This document shows, one piece after another, positions 50,026-58,798 of a DNA stretch of 64,000 nt (position 1 is the stretch's first letter; each line of letters opens with the position of its first letter). The stretch lies in assembly GCA_021300175.1 (NCBI GenBank), contig JAJTIC010000016.1, positions 17,000 to 80,999 on the forward strand. Reading direction: 5' to 3'. The notes below the pieces were generated by a model. The model made no database searches. It was not told the origin of the DNA and saw only the letters and a list, made by a program, of their open reading frames with translations. Made by a program: the position numbers and the translations under genes. The DNA is from Pseudomonadota bacterium. Its GTDB lineage: Bacteria > Bdellovibrionota > Bdellovibrionia > Bdellovibrionales > Bdellovibrionaceae.

Positions 50026-50844
50026 TTAAGGCTGTAAGTTTTCAATAAAAGTTTTAACCACTTTCGCGAAGTCCTTTTCGACGAGCTTTGCTGTCTCAGT
50101 GACTTCATCATGAGAAAGTTTATGGAGCGAAATACCTGCTGCCAAATTTGAAATGCAACTAATACCTGCGACTTGAACTCCCATGTGGTGGGCAGCGATA
50201 GTCTCGGGTACGGTGCTCATGCCTACAGCATGACAACCTATTTGCTTAAGATATCTCACTTCTGCAGGGGTTTCATAAGTTGGACCCGTAAGCCCTCCGT
50301 ACACCCCTTTCTGGTAAGAAAGGCCTAGCTTTTTAAACACAGACTCAAGCTGCTGGATGAGCTGACGATTGTAGGCTTCTGTCATATCTGGGAAGCGAGG
50401 ACCAAATTCTTTCCTATTGGGCCCCAGCAGAGGATTTGTCCCAAAGAGATTAATATGGTCTTCGATAATCATGAAGTCACCGGACTTCATTCCATCACCG
50501 AGACCTCCTGCTGAGTTCGTGAGCAGGATTTTTTTAATCCCCAACAAAGCCATCAGCCGAATTGGGTAAACAACGAGCTCCATGGGGTGACCTTCATAAT
50601 AGTGAAGGCGACCTTGTTGAATAAGGATTCGCTTATTACCAATTTTTCCAGCGATGAAATTGCCAGAGTGGCCTTCTACAGTGGTGGGAACCATTTCTGG
50701 AACTGCTTCAAAGGGAATTTTCTTTTCGATTGAAACTTCATTCACGAAAGCACCCAGTCCGCTGCCAAGGACCACAGCAATGTCAAACTGAGAACCAAGA
50801 TGATCCCGAAGGTATTTTAAACTGACTTCATAGCTATTTTTCAT
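50026..50844 (-). CDS. Purine nucleoside phosphorylase (trimeric PNP/PunA type)
   Basis: ORF 50026-50844. VLGSGLG, VEGHSGNFIAGKIGNKRILIQQGRLHYYEG, and GMSTVPE motifs. Confidence 0.9.
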   Translation of the reverse strand: MKNSYEVSLKYLRDHLGSQFDIAVVLGSGLGAFVNEVSIEKKIPFEAVPEMVPTTVEGHSGNFIAGKIGNKRILIQQGRLHYYEGHPMELVVYPIRLMALLGIKKILLTNSAGGLGDGMKSGDFMIIEDHINLFGTNPLLGPNRKEFGPRFPDMTEAYNRQLIQQLESVFKKLGLSYQKGVYGGLTGPTYETPAEVRYLKQIGCHAVGMSTVPETIAAHHMGVQVAGISCISNLAAGISLHKLSHDEVTETAKLVEKDFAKVVKTFIENLQP

Positions 50845-50854
50845 GGGGACCCTC

Positions 50855-52177
50855 TCATGGGTGAATAATTTTCCAAATCAATTGTTCGCAAGGGACAGGT
50901 TTTGTTGAAAACTGATAGGCCGATAAAGCGAGCTTTTCAGCTTCAGGAAATAATTGAGGATCATTTCCATAAATCCGTAAGATGGGCTGTCCCTTCTCAA
51001 GACGGTCTCCAATTTTGGCAAAAAACTCGAAACCACTGGTGGGTTCAATCACATCTGATGTTTTTGCTCTCCCAGCTTTCAGTAAGATTCCTGCAATTCC
51101 GATTTTTTCGGTATTTATGAAATTGATGAATCCAGATTCTGGACTTTTCAAATCAATAAAGCTCTTGGCCTCTGGAAGCTCGTTGAGGCGCCCACTGTGA
51201 ATCTGGCAAAGCTCAAGAAATTTATGATAAGCAGCGCCTGAAGTTAAAGCTTCATCTGCCGCAACTCGAGCACTTTGAATGTCCTTGTATTTCCCAGATT
51301 GTAAAAGCATTTCAGCACTCAAAACTAAGCTGAGCTCCCGGGTTTCTTGGTAAAATCTTTCTTGATGGGGTCCTTTGGGAATTTTATTTTGTAGGATATC
51401 AACACACTCGCGCACTTCGAGGGCATTTCCGGCAAAAGCACCGAGAGGTTGATTCATGGTTGACAGAACAGCTGTGACTTTCTTTCCGTATCCCCTTGCA
51501 ATTCCCATCAAAGCTCGAGCTAATCTTTCACAGTCCTCTTTGGTTTTCATGAAAGCGCCAGAGCCATACTTCACATCCAGCACAAGGCCATCAATCCCCT
51601 CAGCGAGTTTTTTGGACATGATGCTGGCGCAGATCAGCGGTAAGCTTTCCACTGTGGCAGTGACATCTCTGAGGGCGTAGATTTTTTTATCTGCAGGACA
51701 AATATCTTTTGTTTGACCAATGAAGCAAATGAGCTTCTCAGATACAGCTTTCTGAAACTGCTCAAGACTGAGTTGAGTGTTGAATCCTGGAATTGACTCG
51801 AGTTTATCTAAGGTTCCCCCTGTGTGACCCAGTCCGCGACCTGAAATCATGGGAACTGCCACTCCACAAGCTGCAATGATAGGACCCAAGATCAGACTCG
51901 TTTTATCGCCAACACCGCCCGTGGAATGCTTATCCACTTTGAATTGCGGAATCTTCGAAAAATCAACAACGATTCCCGAATGAAGCATGGTCTTTGTTAG
52001 AGACAGCGTTTCTTCCTGTGACATTCCATTAAAGTAAATCGCCATTAATAAAGCGGACATCTGATAATCAGGAATTTCCCCGCGAGTGTATCCTAGAATA
52101 AACTCTTGAATCTCTTCTTCGGTCAGAGCCTGCTTATTTCTTTTCGCTTTGATGATCTCGGCGGGAATAATCTTCAA
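50855..52177 (-). CDS. deoA: Thymidine / pyrimidine-nucleoside phosphorylase
   Basis: ORF 50855-52177. HSTGGVGDKTSLILGPIIAACG and SGRGLGHTGGTLDKLESIPGF. Confidence 0.92.
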   Translation of the reverse strand: MKIIPAEIIKAKRNKQALTEEEIQEFILGYTRGEIPDYQMSALLMAIYFNGMSQEETLSLTKTMLHSGIVVDFSKIPQFKVDKHSTGGVGDKTSLILGPIIAACGVAVPMISGRGLGHTGGTLDKLESIPGFNTQLSLEQFQKAVSEKLICFIGQTKDICPADKKIYALRDVTATVESLPLICASIMSKKLAEGIDGLVLDVKYGSGAFMKTKEDCERLARALMGIARGYGKKVTAVLSTMNQPLGAFAGNALEVRECVDILQNKIPKGPHQERFYQETRELSLVLSAEMLLQSGKYKDIQSARVAADEALTSGAAYHKFLELCQIHSGRLNELPEAKSFIDLKSPESGFINFINTEKIGIAGILLKAGRAKTSDVIEPTSGFEFFAKIGDRLEKGQPILRIYGNDPQLFPEAEKLALSAYQFSTKPVPCEQLIWKIIHP

Positions 52178-52846
52178 TCAATAGCCCCCTGTGGAGTTCT
52201 TGCCCTGGATCAGCTGCACCCCTGAGGAAGTCCCCAAGCGATTAGCGCCAGCTTTAATTAATTCCCAAGCTTGTTCAGTGGTCTTCACTCCTCCGGAAGC
52301 TTTCACGCCGACTTTGGGACCAACAACAGACCTCATGAGAGCAATATCCTCTGTGGTCGCTCCTCCGCCACCAAACCCAGTTGAAGTTTTCACAAAATGA
52401 GCACCAGCATCGACACTGATTTCACACGCTTTTCTTTTTTGTTCTTCACTCAAGAGGCACGTTTCTAAAATTACTTTCACGGGCTTTCCCTGTGCCGCAG
52501 TCACAACTGCTTTAATATCTTCTTTAACATAGCTGAAATTACCAGCTTTCAGCTGGCCGATGTGAATGACCATATCAATCTCATCAGCCCCCAGCTGCAC
52601 AGCTCTTTGGGCTTCAAAAGCTTTTGCAGAAGTTTCCATAACACCCAGAGGGAAGCCAATCACAGAAACCACTTTCACGGGAGTGCCCGACAGAGTTTTC
52701 TTTGCCAATGCGATATAGCTACTATTAATACAAACCCCAAAAAACCGATGTTCAGCAGCTTCTCGGCAAAGAATTTCTATTTGCTCAGGAGTGACATCTG
52801 GCTTGAGCAGCGTGTGATCAATGTAAGATGCTAAATTCGGTTCCAT
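52178..52846 (-). CDS. deoC: Deoxyribose-phosphate aldolase
   Basis: ORF 52178-52846. IDHTLLKPDVT, the Schiff-base Lys context FVKTSTGFG, and VKASGGVKT. It abuts the deoA start with no gap. Confidence 0.93.
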   Translation of the reverse strand: MEPNLASYIDHTLLKPDVTPEQIEILCREAAEHRFFGVCINSSYIALAKKTLSGTPVKVVSVIGFPLGVMETSAKAFEAQRAVQLGADEIDMVIHIGQLKAGNFSYVKEDIKAVVTAAQGKPVKVILETCLLSEEQKRKACEISVDAGAHFVKTSTGFGGGGATTEDIALMRSVVGPKVGVKASGGVKTTEQAWELIKAGANRLGTSSGVQLIQGKNSTGGY

Positions 52847-52901
52847 GGCCCTTCCTTAATGAAGGTGAAAAACTACCACGGAGAACCAAAAGATCAACCG
52901 T

Positions 52902-53981
52902 TTACACGGCCTTTTTCACATCTGTTGGCGGCTGAGGACCTGAGTCATCAAGATCTTTACCTAAAAACGAATTAGCATCGGCTTTATTAATCAGTCCTTT
53001 TTTCAAAAGATCTTCAACCGACTTTTCAAAAAGCACCATGCCAAACTTCGAACCCGTCTGGATTTGCGAATGAATTTGATGAATTTTATTTTCTCGAATG
53101 AGATTTGAAATTGCTTTTGTGCACTTCATAATCTCGTAAGCCGCGACTCGCCCATGACCATCTCTGCGAGTGAACAGCGTTTGAGCAACGACCCCTCGCA
53201 AGGATTCAGAAAGCATCGTTCGAATTTGCTGTTGTTGGCCTTCAGGAAAAACGTCGATAATACGGTCAATCGTTTTTGCTGCTGAGTTTGTATGGAGCGT
53301 TCCAAACACCAGGTGCCCCGTTTCTGCTGCGGTGAGAGCAAGAGCGATCGTTTCTAGATCTCGAAGCTCGCCGACCAGTAGAATATCTGGGTCTTCTCGA
53401 AGGGCCGACTTCAGAGCGTTTGCAAATGATTTAGTGTGAACACCGACTTCCCGCTGATTGATCAAAGACTTGGCGTTCTGGTGCACGAATTCAATCGGAT
53501 CTTCAACGGTGATGATGTGGGCATCCTTGGTGGTGTTAATGTGATGAATCAGAGCCGCCAAAGTTGTTGATTTACCTGATCCCGTGGGGCCAGTGACGAG
53601 GACAAGTCCTTTATCAGCTTCGATCAAATCCATGATCGCTGGTGGCAAATTAAGCTCTTGAGGAGTTTTAATTTTTTCTGGGATCACACGAAAAACCGCA
53701 GCAAGCCCTTTTCGTTGCATGAACACATTCGCACGGAATCTCCCCACGCCAGGGACTGTGTAAGCAAAATCAAGCTCCCATTTCTCGATAAAGGACTTCT
53801 TTTGCTTCTCGGTCAGAATTTCGAAAATCAATGACTGCACATCTTGGTTGGAAAGATCTTTGTAGTTCAAAGGAACCATATTCCCGTGGAGTCGCAAGTA
53901 GGGCGGTGCACCACTTGTCACGTGCAAGTCAGAAGCACCCTGTTCCACCATAGATTTGAATAACTCATGAATTACAGCCAT
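52902..53981 (-). CDS. pilT: Type IV pilus retraction (twitching motility) ATPase PilT
   Basis: ORF 52902-53993, with the likely ATG at 53981. Walker A GPTGSGKSTT and an AIRNLIREGK-like motif (AISNLIRENKIHQI). Confidence 0.92.
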   Translation of the reverse strand: MAVIHELFKSMVEQGASDLHVTSGAPPYLRLHGNMVPLNYKDLSNQDVQSLIFEILTEKQKKSFIEKWELDFAYTVPGVGRFRANVFMQRKGLAAVFRVIPEKIKTPQELNLPPAIMDLIEADKGLVLVTGPTGSGKSTTLAALIHHINTTKDAHIITVEDPIEFVHQNAKSLINQREVGVHTKSFANALKSALREDPDILLVGELRDLETIALALTAAETGHLVFGTLHTNSAAKTIDRIIDVFPEGQQQQIRTMLSESLRGVVAQTLFTRRDGHGRVAAYEIMKCTKAISNLIRENKIHQIHSQIQTGSKFGMVLFEKSVEDLLKKGLINKADANSFLGKDLDDSGPQPPTDVKKAV

Positions 53982-54083
53982 AAATTCTCCCAAGATGTCA
54001 TCGGCAAAGAAACCTGAGTGCTAAACGGAATTAGCCCTGACAAAGGTCCGATTTCCTTGTATGAGAGCTCTTGGAGATCAAAA

Positions 54084-55595
54084 ATGGCAGCTGAAATTCT
54101 CATTAATGTAAGACCCCATGAAACACGAGTCGCATATGTCGAAGCCGGCGTTCTCTCAGATTTGAAAATTGAGAGAAGGACTAACCCGACTTTGGTCGGC
54201 ACCATTCATCGTGGAAAAGTCATTCGTGTTTTGCCAGGCATGCAAGCTGCGTTTGTAGATATCGGACTTGAGAAGGCAGCTTTCTTATATGTGGGTGATA
54301 TCCGCGAAGACGGCGAAGATTTCAGTGACCCAGATCGTGAAGGTCCATTGGTCGAGATCGAAGAGGATGAAGTCATCAAAGATACCAAAACGCCGATCCA
54401 AGATTTGCTCAGTGAAGGTCAGCACATTCTTGTTCAGGTGGCAAAAGATCCCATTGGCACCAAAGGGGCTCGCCTCACCACGCACATCTCGCTCCCTGGG
54501 CGATTCGTTGTCTATTTACCCACCGTCCGTCATTTGGGTATCTCAAGAAGAATTGAAGATGAATCTGAGCGCGAAAGACTGAAAAACATTGTCCAGAAAA
54601 TTTCCCCATCCGGGGGCGTGATTGTTAGAACTGCTGGCGAAGGCGCGACAGAAGATCAGCTGAAAAGCGACATTGATTACCTTGATCGTCTTGGGAAAGA
54701 GGTCTTTAAAAATTATGAAAAGAAAAAAGGCGTAGGTCTTATTCACCAAGAGCTCGATGTCGAGCTTCGGGCATTGCGCGATTTAATGAACGAGGCTGTA
54801 GCTTGTGTGTGGGTCGATGATCTCGAAGTCCATAAGCGAGTCGAAAAATTTGTGAGCCAGCTGATGCCCAAGTACAAACAGAACATTATCTATTATCAAG
54901 AGCCGAAACCTCTTTTTGACATGTATGAGATTGACCTTGAAATTTCGCGTTCGATGGATCGAAAAATTTGGCTTAAATCCGGTGGCTATATTGTTATCGA
55001 CGAAGCTGAGGCATTGGTCGTGGTTGATGTGAACACGGGGAAATATGTAGGCAAGCGAGACCTCGAAGACACAATCCTTAAAACCAATCTCGAAGCTGTG
55101 AAAGAGATCGCACACCAGCTGCGAATCAGAAATGCCGGCGGAATTATCATCATCGATTTTATCGACATGGAAAAGGAATCTCATCGTGAAAAAGTAATGG
55201 CTGCTCTTTCCGAAGAGCTTCAGAAGGATCGCACGCGAACCAACATTATTTCCATGTCACCTTTAGGCCTTGTTGAAATGACTCGAAAAAGAATTCGTCC
55301 AAGCCTAATTAAAACGCTGGCTGAGCCTTGTTCTTATTGCGAGGGCAAAGGCTACATCAAACGAAAGTCGACAATTGCTGCTGAGATCTTCCGCGAGCTT
55401 GAGCGGGAGGCTCCTGATTTGTCCCACAATAAAAAAATCAATGTGGTGATTCACTGCCATTCAGACGTCGTAGACTGGATCTATCAAACAGAAGGTGAGG
55501 CTTTGAATTTTATCGAGAAAAAGCTCGGACGCTCTGTCGCTTTCAAGATTGAACCAGGATACCATACCGAGCAGTACGAAATTTTCTTAATCTAG
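54084..55595 (+). CDS. rng: Ribonuclease G (RNase E/G family)
   Basis: ORF 54018-55595, with the likely ATG at 54084 (MAAEILINV). S1 domain GTIHRGKVIRVLPGMQAAFVDIG and the DNase I-like catalytic region VVVDVNTGKY...GGIIIIDFIDM. Confidence 0.9.
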   Translation: MAAEILINVRPHETRVAYVEAGVLSDLKIERRTNPTLVGTIHRGKVIRVLPGMQAAFVDIGLEKAAFLYVGDIREDGEDFSDPDREGPLVEIEEDEVIKDTKTPIQDLLSEGQHILVQVAKDPIGTKGARLTTHISLPGRFVVYLPTVRHLGISRRIEDESERERLKNIVQKISPSGGVIVRTAGEGATEDQLKSDIDYLDRLGKEVFKNYEKKKGVGLIHQELDVELRALRDLMNEAVACVWVDDLEVHKRVEKFVSQLMPKYKQNIIYYQEPKPLFDMYEIDLEISRSMDRKIWLKSGGYIVIDEAEALVVVDVNTGKYVGKRDLEDTILKTNLEAVKEIAHQLRIRNAGGIIIIDFIDMEKESHREKVMAALSEELQKDRTRTNIISMSPLGLVEMTRKRIRPSLIKTLAEPCSYCEGKGYIKRKSTIAAEIFRELEREAPDLSHNKKINVVIHCHSDVVDWIYQTEGEALNFIEKKLGRSVAFKIEPGYHTEQYEIFLI

Positions 55596-56678
55596 AGGGC
55601 TCTCAAAATTCAGCTGCAAAGGATCTTCTTGGGGAACGTTTTTTCTTTTATCTGTCGTGGTAAACCTGACTCCGAGGCCCAGCAGTCTCAACTCCCCGGG
55701 GTCTCTGGCCCATAATTTTTTGAACAATTCTTTGAAGTCTTGGAGGCTTGGAATTTGTGATGAACTTTGCTCCATTGTGGACCTCCGAAAATCGCTGAAC
55801 CTGACTTTAACGACCCAGGATTTAACTCGGCGAGAGTTCTCCTGATCCTTCGAGAACCTTTGATACCAATCTTCATAAAGTTCAGTAACTTGGGCTAACA
55901 CACTGTCTAGCTGATGAAAATCTTTCGCGTATGTCTGTTCTACGGTCAGAGATTTTCGCTCCCAGTGAGTGATCACTTCGCGGTCGTCTTGACCTCTTGC
56001 ATACTTTTTCAGGCTGGGTGCAAAGTTACCCACGGCGTATAAAAGGATTTCCGTGGGGGCTTGCTTCAGGTGCTCGATAGTTTCAATACCCACTTGCAGC
56101 AATCGCTCCTTGGTTTTGGGGCCAATCCCCGGAAGCCGGTCAACAGCCAAGGGCGCCAGGAAGGATTCTGCAGATTCTGCTGCAATCGTGAAGAGTCCGT
56201 TGGGTTTTCCCCAATCACCTGCGATCTTTGAGAGCAGCTTATTCGGCGCAATCCCCGCAGAAGCCTTGAGCTCTGTCTGCGTCTTAATTTGGTTCTTAAT
56301 TTGTCGAGCAATTTCAGTTGCTTGACCGATATGCGAGCAAGTGTCTGTTACATCCAAATAAGCTTCGTCCAAAGACATCGGTTCAATCTTCGAAGTGAAT
56401 TTGTGGAAAATTTGGTGGATCCTGTGGCTTTCTTTTTTGTAGCGATCAAAGCGAGGTGGCACAATGATGAGATCAGGACACTTTCGCAGAGCTAATGACG
56501 ACGGTTGCGCAGCTTTAACACCATACTTTCTGGCTTCATAATTTGCTGTGCAAAGAACACTTCGAGATTGGGCAGGCCCTCCCACTGCCACGGGTTTGCC
56601 CTTGAGCGAAGGATCATACTTTTCCTCGACGGCAGCATAGAAACAATCCATATCGATATGTATGATTTTTCGTTCCAC
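55587..56678 (-). CDS. dinB: DNA polymerase IV (Y-family)
   Basis: ORF 55587-56678 with a GTG start. IIHIDMDCFYAAVEE, SLDEAYLDVT and the little-finger region. Its 3-prime end overlaps rng convergently by 9 nt. Confidence 0.93.
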   Translation of the reverse strand: MERKIIHIDMDCFYAAVEEKYDPSLKGKPVAVGGPAQSRSVLCTANYEARKYGVKAAQPSSLALRKCPDLIIVPPRFDRYKKESHRIHQIFHKFTSKIEPMSLDEAYLDVTDTCSHIGQATEIARQIKNQIKTQTELKASAGIAPNKLLSKIAGDWGKPNGLFTIAAESAESFLAPLAVDRLPGIGPKTKERLLQVGIETIEHLKQAPTEILLYAVGNFAPSLKKYARGQDDREVITHWERKSLTVEQTYAKDFHQLDSVLAQVTELYEDWYQRFSKDQENSRRVKSWVVKVRFSDFRRSTMEQSSSQIPSLQDFKELFKKLWARDPGELRLLGLGVRFTTTDKRKNVPQEDPLQLNFESPLD

Positions 56679-56781
56679 ACAAAAAACTCTATCAACATGT
56701 AAATTATATGTAAATGCTCAAATTGAAAGCTTCGGGTTGACAACCCTACCGCTGGGTGGCATCTACTCGTAGCTTCAGTCA

Positions 56782-56829
56782 GACCTAAGGGTTCAGATCG
56801 CTGCTATTATTAGGTCCCTTTGTTTTTGG
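56782..56829 (+). promoter_or_regulatory. Stem-loop plus U-tract in the rplU 5-prime leader (possible attenuator or leader structure)
   Basis: GACCTAA (56782-56788) pairs with TTAGGTC (56810-56816) and is followed by CCTTTGTTTTTGG, which runs into the GGAGG RBS at 56828-56832 of rplU. Confidence 0.3.
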
Positions 56830-56837
56830 AGGTTTTC

Positions 56838-57407
56838 ATGTACGCCATTATTCGCTCAGGCGGTAAGCAATACAAAGTTCAACCGGGTGATGTGATCCGT
56901 GTTGAGAAGTTAGAACAAGCACTTGGATCTGAATTTGATCTTACGGAAGTTTTGATGGTTGGCGGGGAGACCACTTCCCTAGGAACACCGATGGTGAAGA
57001 ACGCGAAAGTCACTGTTGTTGTGACGAAGCAAGCTCGCGACCGCAAAGTGATCATTTTCAAGAAGAAGCGTCGCCAAGGTTACAGACGTTTTAAAACGCA
57101 CAGACAGCACTTCACAGAGCTTTTTGTAAAAGCGATTTCATTGGATGGCAAAACTGATAAAGCTTCTGCTGCCCCACAAGTTGTCGATGTAGATCAAGTA
57201 AGACAAGATAAAATTGCTGCTCGAACAGTTGCTAAACAGGAAGCAAGAAAGCCAGAAGCCCGCAAGGCGGCAACATCGGCTCCTAAGAAAGTTGCCAAGA
57301 AAGCAGCAGCTCCCAAGAAAGCTGCAGCTAAGAAATCTGCGAAGAAAAAAGCAGGCGCAAAAAAATCAGCGACTAAGACAGCAAAAAAGACGAGCAAGAA
57401 AGCATAA
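56838..57407 (+). CDS. rplU: 50S ribosomal protein L21 with Lys/Ala-rich C-terminal extension
   Basis: ORF 56820-57407, with ATG 56838 after GGAGG. The canonical L21 core MYAIIRSGGKQYKVQPGDVIRVEKL covers about 105 aa. It is followed by an ~84-aa tail ending in PKKVAKKAAAPKKAAAKKSAKKKAGAKKSATKTAKKTSKKA. Confidence 0.93.
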   Translation: MYAIIRSGGKQYKVQPGDVIRVEKLEQALGSEFDLTEVLMVGGETTSLGTPMVKNAKVTVVVTKQARDRKVIIFKKKRRQGYRRFKTHRQHFTELFVKAISLDGKTDKASAAPQVVDVDQVRQDKIAARTVAKQEARKPEARKAATSAPKKVAKKAAAPKKAAAKKSAKKKAGAKKSATKTAKKTSKKA

Positions 57408-57430
57408 CTTAATTTTAACGGAGTAGGCAC

Positions 57431-57691
57431 ATGGCAAGTAAAAAGGCCGGCGGTTCGACGAAAAACGGACGCGATTCACAGAGTAAAAGATTAGGCGTAA
57501 AAAGATTCGGTGGAGAGAAGGTTCTTCCCGGAACAATCATCGTTCGTCAAAGAGGGACTAAGTACCACTTGGGCAAGAACGTGAAAATGGGCCGTGATTT
57601 CACAATCTATTCAGTGATTGAAGGACTTGTGAAATTCGAGAGAGCAACGAAAGAAAAGCTAAAAGTAAGCGTTACGCCAGCAACGGCATAA
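57431..57691 (+). CDS. rpmA: 50S ribosomal protein L27
   Basis: ORF 57431-57691. [51 protein letters not shown] is a canonical L27 sequence. Confidence 0.97.
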   Translation: MASKKAGGSTKNGRDSQSKRLGVKRFGGEKVLPGTIIVRQRGTKYHLGKNVKMGRDFTIYSVIEGLVKFERATKEKLKVSVTPATA

Positions 57692-57725
57692 GGCTTTGAA
57701 GATTTTCTGAAACTGCATGCATAAA

Positions 57726-57750
57726 GGAGCCCTCGGGCTCCTTTTTGTTT
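57726..57750 (+). terminator. Rho-independent terminator after rpmA
   Basis: GGAGCCC-tc-GGGCTCC hairpin at 57726-57741, followed immediately by TTTTTGTTT. Confidence 0.75.
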
Positions 57751-57766
57751 GTGAGCGGGATAATGA

Positions 57767-58798
57767 ATGAAATTTGTTGATGAAGTTAAAATCAAAATTG
57801 CCTCAGGCCACGGCGGACCTGGAGCGATCTCCTTTCGTCGAGAGGCGATGACCCCACGGGGTGGACCCGATGGCGGAGACGGAGGCAAAGGTGGAGACGT
57901 CATTTTCAAAGTGATGAAGAATCTGAACTCCTTGGTCGATTATAGACACAATAAATTGTATGCCGCTCAAGATGGGGTGCCTGGTGGAAAAGCCAATCAG
58001 ACTGGTGCCCACGGTCAGGACCTAATTCTGATGGTTCCTCCAGGAACTATTGTACGAAATGAAGACGGTGAAGTGCTCATCGATATGACGGACATTGAAG
58101 AGTACACGCTCCTTAAGGGCGGACGTGGCGGTAAAGGTAACTGGTTTTTCAAAACCAGCGTTAATCAAGCTCCTGAAAAAGCTCAGCCTGGTGAACCAGG
58201 ACAAGCTTTAGAAATTAAAATGGAACTCAAGCTGATTGCTGATGTGGGAATTGTGGGGTTTCCCAATGCAGGAAAGTCCACACTGATTTCTAGAATATCA
58301 GCAGCTAAGCCCAAAATTGCTGACTATCCTTTCACGACACTCACACCAAATCTGGGCGTTGTTCGAGCCGGGGAGTTTAGAACATTTGTCGTTGCGGATA
58401 TTCCTGGATTAATAAAAGGGGCCCATTCAGGTGCAGGGTTAGGCATTCAGTTCTTGCGACATATTGAGCGCACACGGCTTTTTGTTCATTTGATTGATGT
58501 TTCTGGAATGTCTCAAGGAACACCGATAGAAAACTATCGTGATATAAATTATGAACTCGAAATGTACGATCAAAAAAACCACGACAAAGAAGGATTTTTC
58601 CCTCTGACATCAAGGCCTCAGCTCGTTGTCTTCAATAAAATCGACGCTTTGATGGAAGACGATCTTAAAAAGCTTTTTAAAGAATTTGAAAAGGAAACAG
58701 GCGTGAAGCCCTTTGCAGTTTCAGCTGTGACTGGAAAAAATATCGAGACACTGATTCGAGAGATCTCTAAGTTTATATTTGTAGAGGATGAGAAATGA
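57767..58798 (+). CDS. obg: GTPase Obg/CgtA
   Basis: ORF 57767-58798. Obg fold MKFVDEVKIKIASGHGGPGAISFRREAMTPRGGPDGGDGGKGGDV, and G domain GFPNAGKSTL and DIPG. Confidence 0.96.
   Translation: MKFVDEVKIKIASGHGGPGAISFRREAMTPRGGPDGGDGGKGGDVIFKVMKNLNSLVDYRHNKLYAAQDGVPGGKANQTGAHGQDLILMVPPGTIVRNEDGEVLIDMTDIEEYTLLKGGRGGKGNWFFKTSVNQAPEKAQPGEPGQALEIKMELKLIADVGIVGFPNAGKSTLISRISAAKPKIADYPFTTLTPNLGVVRAGEFRTFVVADIPGLIKGAHSGAGLGIQFLRHIERTRLFVHLIDVSGMSQGTPIENYRDINYELEMYDQKNHDKEGFFPLTSRPQLVVFNKIDALMEDDLKKLFKEFEKETGVKPFAVSAVTGKNIETLIREISKFIFVEDEK

Noticed and set aside
56679-56740. LexA/SOS box upstream of dinB
   Set aside because: I found no palindromic TTAC-N3-GTAA or CTGT-N8-ACAG-type site. Only direct TTAC/GTAA repeats are present, and these are reported separately as a low-interest observation.
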